Shown one piece after another: positions 55,602 to 64,000 of a stretch of 64,000 nt of DNA. A model generated the notes under the pieces. The model was not told the origin of the DNA. It saw only the letters and a list, made by a program, of their open reading frames with translations, and searched no databases. Positions within the stretch are counted from its first letter, which is position 1; each line of letters opens with the position of its first letter. This DNA is from Octopus vulgaris (lineage: Eukaryota), in NCBI GenBank assembly GCA_951406725.2, contig OX597837.1, positions 2,356,001 through 2,420,000 of the forward strand, given 5' to 3'. The translations under genes and the position numbers were made by a program.

Positions 55602-56851
55602 AACAGACAGTAAGACAGATAGAGAGATATTTCAATAAAGTGTGCACGTGCGTACAGTTTTATATATTCGTGTGTGCCAAAATACTTGTATTTTTTTCTA
55701 CATATATCAAATTTATGTTACTCGCGCACATGCACATACACACACATATATATATATACGTGTACATATATACTAAAATATACACACACACACACATACA
55801 TATATAGGGAGAGGTATATGTAAATAGATGGATAAATGGACTGAAAAAAGGTAGATGGGTAGGGAGCGAAATACATAGCTATATATATCTTTGTAGATAT
55901 ATATATACTCATAGATCCACACACTAACACGAACACATAATTTACAAACACACACATATCCATCATACGTGTGTGTGTCCGTCTGTCTGTGTGTGTGTGT
56001 GTGTGTGTGTGTCAATGTATCCGTAAGTTTTATCGATGTTTTGCCAGCCAATGTGTGTATATATGTGCGAGTCTGCGCGTTTGTGCATCCGTAGCTACGT
56101 ATACACTACTCAGTTGTATATAATGCGCCTGTATTTTTTATATGCCAATATAATGCAGTGTGTTAGAGTAAGAGATAGAATCGCTAGATCAAAGCCTGAC
56201 ATTTTTATGGAAGCCCCACACATGTTATTCCTCGTTTCGTTCAACTCTATATGCCAGTTAACATTAAGGTAAAATTAGCCCTTAAAATGTTAAAATGGGG
56301 CTGCAAGACTTGTAACATTTTAAGTATCTCTGTATAACCTTTATATATTTATAGTCGATGCTTTTTAATGTTTTGGAACTTGGTAAAAATATATTCTGTC
56401 TTTATTGATTCTCCACTTAAGTCTTGGACATTTGGTGTCTGCAGAGTGAAGGAAATTCCAGTAAAGCATGAAATAAAACAGAGAATATTTAAAAAGAAAA
56501 AACATATATATATATATAAAAAAAAAAACTGAAATTTCTGGTTCTTCAAGTTGTTGCTGTTGTTGTGGTTGTTGTCGTTCTTGTTATTATGGTCGTCGTC
56601 GTTGTTATAACCATCCTCGTTTTGGTTGTTGTTAATGTTATTGCTGCTTTCTTTGTTCTTCTAATTGTTGTTGTTGTTGTTGTTGTGTTTAGAAATCTAT
56701 ACCCATATTTGTTGCTAATATTCACGTGTACATGATGTAAAATTAATATGAAAACTATATACCTGTATGACTTCCATAGAGTATATATCAGTATATATAT
56801 ATACACTAATATATATATATATATACATACACTAATATAAATATATGTGTG

Positions 56852-56906
<55 letters not shown>

Positions 56907-57055
56907 CATATATATATGTGTGTGTATATATATATTTATATATATATACATACATATATATATATATGTATATATCTACAGATAACAACAGGTAATAGAA
57001 ACTGTGGCAGTGATTTACTCATCATCTATTTATACATTTTGTATAATTTCTCCAT

Positions 57056-57137
<82 letters not shown>

Positions 57138-57767
57138 ATTTATATATATATATATGCAGACACATACACAAATATATATGTATAAATGCGCGTATGTATG
57201 CATATATGTATGTGTATATGCGTGCATATGTATTTCTATGTATGCGCATGTGCGTGTACATGTATATGGATGAATGTATTTATGTAGGCATGTATGTATG
57301 CATGCATGTATGTATGTATGCATGTATGCATATATGTGAATATGTACGTATATGTGTTAATGTATGCATGTATGTGTGTGTATGTATGTATGTATGTATG
57401 GATGGATGGATGGATGGATGGATGGATGTGTATGCATGGATGCTTGTATGGATGAATGTATGCACGCATGTATGTATGGATGAATTGATAGATGGATGCA
57501 TGTATGTATGAATGTATGTAAGTTCATTCTGATGTAAGACTATGACTGCTGGCGTAGACGTTAAACTGCGGTCATACTGGAGCAAGATTCCAAAGATTTA
57601 ATCCGTCACATTTCAACCAATACTTTCAGCGATTACTAATTATCGATTGGCTAGCTCACCTTTCGATACGATTCGACGTAGCGATTTACACAGGTGTAAA
57701 AAGCACACATGAACGCACGCACGCACGCACGTACAGACGCACATATATGAGCAGGACCACATATATT

Positions 57768-58349
57768 CTTTTCTATTTTAGGCACAAGGCCCTAAATTTT
57801 GGGGGAGGAGGCCAGTCGATTAGATCGACCCCCAGGACGCAACTGGTACTTAATTTATCGACCCTGAAAGGATGAAAGGCAAAGTCGACCTCGCCGGAAT
57901 TTGAACTCAGAACGTAAAAACAGACGAAATACCTATTTCTTTACTACCCACAGGGGGCTAAACACAGAGGGGACAAACAAGGACAGAAAAACGGATTAAA
58001 TCGATTATGTCGACCCCAGTGCGTAACTGGTACTTATTTAATCGACTCCGAAAGGATGAAAGGAAAAGTCGACCTCAGCGCAATTTGAACTCAGAACGTA
58101 ACGGCAGACGAAATACCTATTTCTTTACTACCCACAAGGAGCTAAACACAGAGAGGGCAAACAAGGACAGACAAACCGATTAAGTCGATTATATCGACCC
58201 CAGTGCGTAACTGGTACTTATTTAATCGACCCCGAAAGGATGAAAGGCAAAGTCGACCTCGGCGGAATTTAAACTCAGAACGTAGCGGCAGATAAAATAC
58301 TGCTAAGCATTTCATCCGGCGTGCTAACGTTTCTGCCAGCTCGCCGCCC
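57768..58349 (-). mobile_element. SINE family B head-to-tail trimer
   Basis: Three cores; identical junction GACGAAATACCTATTTCTTTACTACCCAC at ~57923 and ~58107. Confidence 0.92.
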
Positions 58350-59774
58350 TGCACGAACACATAGATACGCGATTGCCTCATCTTGTCAGATGATAGCGCC
58401 ACCTCACATTCAACCAAGGCTGTTCTGATTCACTTTTATCCTTGCTTCGAACGCTGAACACATCCATCACCAGAGCGCTTAGAAATAAAAACAGATCAAC
58501 TAAGGAAATAATGATGAGAGATCTGTACGTCATGAGATTTACGGGACAAAATTTTGTACAACACCCTCTCGGTCACTCTAGAAGATTCCACTGACAAGCA
58601 GAGCAAGGTGACTGCTTACTATTCTTTTAAGACACAGTATCTTTGTTGTGTGGAAGTAGAACACCCATATTGGTTGGTTCCTAATGGACTGTGCCACAGT
58701 ATAAATAGACATACACAGAGAGCCTTCAGCAGTGTAAAGCCGAGAGTTGCGTATTGTCGAGGGTTATCATCACTACCTTGGGTAGAACGATTTGCAAGGA
58801 CATTATTATTATTATCCCGTTATATCGTACGCCGAACGTGCGATACGACAATCTTTCTCCAAGAAGGACTACCTTTCCCGTGTCTTTGTTAAAAAATAAT
58901 GCGGGTCTCTTCTACTTCTGGGAAATCTGTTTAACCGGTTTATGAGATCTTGAGAGGTACTACCATTCTATGTCAGAACGGTCCTGAGAATAATGGTAAT
59001 TAAGGGGGTTACTCTATGCTACCCTCAACTACGGAACTCCCGAAATGATGTCTCGCCATTGGATACAGATTAATGTCATGCGCAGAACAATCTATTTAAG
59101 TCCGTCTTTCAGATAATCATGGCAAAGCAGCTACTCAAAGCAACGCTACATGCGTATGTATGTATGTATGTATGTATGTATGTATGTATGCATATATACG
59201 TTTGTATATCTGTCTGTCTGTATGTATGTATGGATGTATGTGTATACGTTTGTATGTATGTATGACTATATGTAAGTATGTATTATATACCTTTGTATGT
59301 ATGTGTGCACGTATGTATGTATGCGTGCATGCATGTATGCATGTATGTATGTATGCATGTATGTATATATGTAAAAATGAAGTAATGTATGTATGTTATT
59401 CAGTTTATTTCAAGATTTCTTGCCAAAAGAGAAAGAACCTGTTTCTAACCTAGATCCAAGGCTCCTTCATTGGAATTTCAACATCAACAACAAAGTAATT
59501 TTTATGCATGTATGTATGTATGTATGTATGTATGTATGTATGTATGTATGTATGTATGTATGTATGTATGTATGTGTGTGTGTATATATATTACTAAACT
59601 TTGCAAGAGACTTGAAAGCAGAAACACTTACCATTGTTACGTTCCTCAACATTATGATGTTTCCCGCAATTTCTTTTTAAAGAAAACTTTTCAAAACAAA
59701 ACGGTGCAACACTATTAGCACACACACACACATACACACACACACACACACATTCAGATAGAGATAGATAGACT

Positions 59775-59826
<52 letters not shown>

Positions 59827-59828
59827 TC

Positions 59829-59946
<118 letters not shown>

Positions 59947-60486
59947 AGACAAATAAGAAAATGGAGAAACAATTTAGTTTGTATATCAACTTTCGGATGT
60001 TAGAATGTTGACTTATTTATTCATTTAACAAAATGAGAACCTTAATTCAACACATATAAGATAAGAATACAAATTATAAAAATCATAATATAAATAATTG
60101 AAAATATTAAAATCACTCCTGGGTACTTTACCAACAGTATATTGGATAAATACTATCCCTTGGTGGGTTGCACCCATAACCCCTAACTTATATATATCTA
60201 TATGGGTGTGTCTGAGACAGAGGTGGGGGAAATAGAGAGAGGGAGAAGGTGAGTGTATGTGTATATGTATATATATATATACGTATGTAGGTATATACAT
60301 ATATATATATGTTTATATGTATACATGTATATATGTATGAATGTATGTTTGTCACTAAGTAGGTATGCATATATATATTCATGTACGAAAATGTATTTAT
60401 GAATCCATGTATATAGATATGTGTGTGTGCGTGTCCGCGTGAGTATGAATACACGCATTATATGTATATATATATATAAATGCGTG

Positions 60487-60533
<47 letters not shown>

Positions 60534-60593
60534 TATATATATCTATATGTGTGTATATGTGTATATATGTATATATGTGTGTGTATGTATATG

Positions 60594-60637
<44 letters not shown>

Positions 60638-61142
60638 TATGATGCTTGTATATAGTACTGTTCCAACGTAGCCATACGCCTACATACAATATGTATGCAA
60701 GGTAGGTCAGTGCAATTTTCTTATGCTTGTGTGACACACATTTAAATAGGTATATACATATATATATATGTATATATATATATACATATATATATACATA
60801 TATATATATATATACATACACATATACATATACATACAAACACACATATATGTGTATGTTTTTGTTTCCGTGTGTAGAAGCACATGCATGTGTCTGTGTG
60901 TGATTTGAGTGTTGTGTTGGATGGCTGGTGGGTGTTTGTGAGCAACATGTGTACATTAGAGATAAGGAATGCAACAAGTCCATAAAGCCAAATGAAATGA
61001 TTGCTAACAGAGTTGAACGCCACAATAATGGCGGTTCAGTTTATGTGATCTGTTGAGACAGGTTGGTGAAGAGAGGCCGGGACGGTGCGTGGCGTTTAGA
61101 TTAGACGCACAAGCATCTTGTTCGTATGGATAAGTGAGTGTG

Positions 61143-61185
<43 letters not shown>

Positions 61186-61341
61186 ATGTGTGTGTATCTC
61201 TGTGTGTATACATATATTTATATATACACATCTGTACGTATACATATATATTTATTCATATATATATATATAGATACACGTATTTATATACACGTATATG
61301 TATACATATATACATACATATATATAAATACATGTGTGTTT

Positions 61342-61377
<36 letters not shown>

Positions 61378-61393
61378 CATACATATAAATACA

Positions 61394-61442
<49 letters not shown>

Positions 61443-61450
61443 ATATATAT

Positions 61451-61514
<64 letters not shown>

Positions 61515-61610
61515 ATATGTGTATATAATTGTGTCTGTTTCCCGGGGTTATAAGTCTCTTTAATTCTGTGTATATTTATATGAGTGTCTCCGAATTTGTA
61601 TACATATGTA

Positions 61611-61669
<59 letters not shown>

Positions 61670-62451
61670 GTCGTTAAAATGGCAGGTGTAAGCTCAATGG
61701 CTATAAACCAAAATGTCAGCGAAATGAGAGAAAATAAAATACAAAACAGGGAAGTGCGCTGCAGTTCTATTTTCGTGGAAAATTTCGTGTGTGCGTGCGT
61801 GCGCGCAGATTGCTTGTGTTGACGAAATTTAAATATATTTGCTTCATCGCATTTGTTCATGCGCGTGTGTGTGTGTGTGTGTGTGTTGATGGTTCTCCGT
61901 CGTTCGTCGACGAGTATACAGTTGTCTGAATACTGAAATTCTCTGATCTGGATATAGAAAAGAGTAAAACGCACAACAACGACAACCACCACCGAATACC
62001 ATTATTTTGTTGCCCTTAACTTTCTAGTGATGAAAATCTCAACCAAAGCAACGTTCAAAATCAGATTATATCAACACAGAAACTCACTCGTACCAAACGT
62101 TGGTGGAGTAAATGAGGGGGAAATTAGAATTTATAGGTAGTTTTTTTTTTGCGGGGGGTGCATGCGAAACAAGCCATCATTCTCAGACAGATGATCTTGT
62201 ACGAAAGCTTGCAACAGAGTGGGTTCTGAGAAAGCTATTCAGGGGTCATTTTCTATAAGAGGGAGAGTTATTACGGTGCTTGATACATTGAGGATAGACG
62301 TGTTATTGTTACGTTTTCAACTTCAGCCCAACTCTCACCGATCAGACCTTTAATTAAAGATAGTCCAGCCATGACTATCCTGTCTTTTTATATCTATATA
62401 ACGTGTTGTATCTTTTTCTATGCTTTTAAAACGATGTGGTATGAGAGTCAA

Positions 62452-62865
62452 CCTGTCAGAATCGTTAGTACATCAGACAAAAGTTTAGGTGACCTTTCTT
62501 CCAGCTCTTTACGTTCTCAGTTCAAATTCTGCCAAGGTCATCATAGCCTTTCAACCTTTCAGGGTCGATACAATAGGTACCAGCCAAGCAATGTAAACGA
62601 TTTCTTGAACAAATACCTCCCCCAGAATTTTAAACACAAGGGAATGAGCTGTCAATCATTCAAGTGTTAGTGCGGCGGACAAAATAATTAACCACTCTTC
62701 TTCCGGCTCTTTACATTCTGAGTTCAAATCCCACCGGGTTCAACTTTGCGTTTCATTCTTTCCAGGGGTCGATGAAATAAATAACTATTCAAATACCGAG
62801 GAGTTGACATGTAATCGATTGACCCACTCCTCCCAAAACTTACTGCCTTTAGGCCAAAATCCCAA
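62452..62865 (+). mobile_element. Two diverged SINE family B copies
   Basis: AGAATCGTTAG..AGTTCAAATTC..GGGTCGAT (62452-62630); a second unit at 62665-62865. Confidence 0.75.
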
Positions 62866-62884
62866 ACAATTATCTTTATTAGAA

Positions 62885-63202
62885 TTTATTTCTCAGAGCA
62901 CTCGATCATATATGTTCCAGTTAGTTCTGTGACAGCGGAGAGCAGCCTGTTGACAAAGGTCTCACAAGGTCTCTCGAGGTACTCTTTCCACGAATTATCA
63001 GACAAGGTACTTAGATATTAAGTATCGTGGAATGTACCTAACACCAAAATACTAATCGCAAAATCCTACCTGTCCACAATAGAACAGATTTTTGAGCATG
63101 TTCTACCCTTATGTCAATTCCAATGTTTCCGACATATTTCTCAAATGTTGTTATTAGTGCTGCGATTTCCCATACAACTACAGGAATAGCAGTTACTCTA
63201 CT
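62885..63202 (-). mobile_element. Dong/R4-like (restriction-like endonuclease) LINE 3' end
   Basis: 63202-63038 translates SRVTAIPVVVWEIAALITTFEKYVGNIGIDIRVEHAQKSVLLWTGRILRLVFWC*, resembling the PVVVGALG..QKTALLGTARILRKVL C-terminus of REL LINEs; ~150-bp 3' UTR; abuts (TAA)n. Confidence 0.78.
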
Positions 63203-63229
63203 ATTATTATTATTATTATTATTATTATT

Positions 63230-63787
63230 GAGTGAGAGAGCAGTTCATGCCATCAAGGTGACACTGGGGTAAAATATACGAAGCCCAGTATACCCATCAT
63301 GACTACCCGTCTGATAAGGGTACACCAGGCACATGCATCACAACCATATGTGCGCGACATGGTGATCTCATATCAAGATAAACAGCACATGACCTTGCAG
63401 GTGGAGCCCAGTTAGAATTTTCTTCAGATCGAGTAACCCATCCCGCTCAAAAGGTCCCTGAATAAGGGTTATTTAAGGACGTTGAACGAAACACCCATGT
63501 TTCCAGAGGTGAATTATTCAAACCCCAAAGAATCCTTCTCAACACATGGCTATGATGCTCCCCCACTACTTCTGCTCGTGATCAGAGATGCACATATCGT
63601 CAGCCACTAAGGGACATATTCAACTGGTTAAGGTCAAACAACTGACAAGCAAATCTGTGGTATTGAGCAGAATATTTGCTGTAGCCCATCTTTTATACCA
63701 AGACAAAACAATGTACATGATAACACTTCCAATCAGTTAAGATCAGAAGCCATGAGAGCCACTGCCTGGTACTGAATCAGGGCATTT
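63230..63787. mobile_element. Family E, apparently complete ~560-bp element with (ATT)n on both sides
   Basis: Three copies in the window; sharp ends TTGAGTGAGAGAGCAG and ATCAGGGCATTT; no long ORF, TIR or tRNA head seen. Confidence 0.85.
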
Positions 63788-64000
63788 ATTATTATTATTA
63801 TCATTGTCATTTACTTTTAATCTGCATGTTTGATGCAATCACCTGCCGGGGCACACCCAGCGCCCTAGGGCAAGTGAAGGTTAAGAGTTGTTGAAATATA
63901 GCTGAAAGCTTGGGGAGGGGAAGTAGAGAAATATCTCCATGTAATACAAACACAAACATTTACATTGATAGGGTTTTTCTAAGGATGTGGGCAGTACTTG

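Noticed and set aside
58554-58945. 112-aa and 63-aa plus-strand ORFs
   Set aside because: Non-ATG starts and no recognisable motifs; the region looks like decayed repeat sequence.
61005-61055. Hairpin TGAACGCCA..TGGCGGTTCA as a possible pre-miRNA
   Set aside because: The stem is too short and interrupted for a pre-miRNA.

Overview
Repeat-saturated, AT-rich eukaryotic DNA with no intact protein-coding gene that I can support. The mix of (TA)n/(CA)n/(TACA)n/(AGAT)n and trinucleotide microsatellites, three tRNA-headed SINE families and LINE relics looks like octopod cephalopod intronic or intergenic DNA (inference). Nearly all ORFs in the supplied track are microsatellite translation artefacts. 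Recognisable relics are an RTE LINE with a 5' inversion (186-1905), a Penelope-like RT fragment (13570-13920), a degenerate Tc1/mariner element (27676-28874), a mariner MITE, a piggyBac-like MITE, three Helitron-like elements, a CR1 3' end, a Dong/R4-like 3' end and a ~560-bp element embedded in (TAA)n tracts. The most striking hidden signal is a dense set of minimal type-I hammerhead-ribozyme motifs: about 12 cores at 9 loci, in at least 7 sequence families, most with palindromic stem III. Four loci are head-to-head foldback elements with a hammerhead or its remnant in each arm. One core carries the compensatory U3-A8 variant. These are probably Penelope pseudo-LTR or retrozyme-like elements. 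A few low-confidence candidate exons and promoters are also noted.
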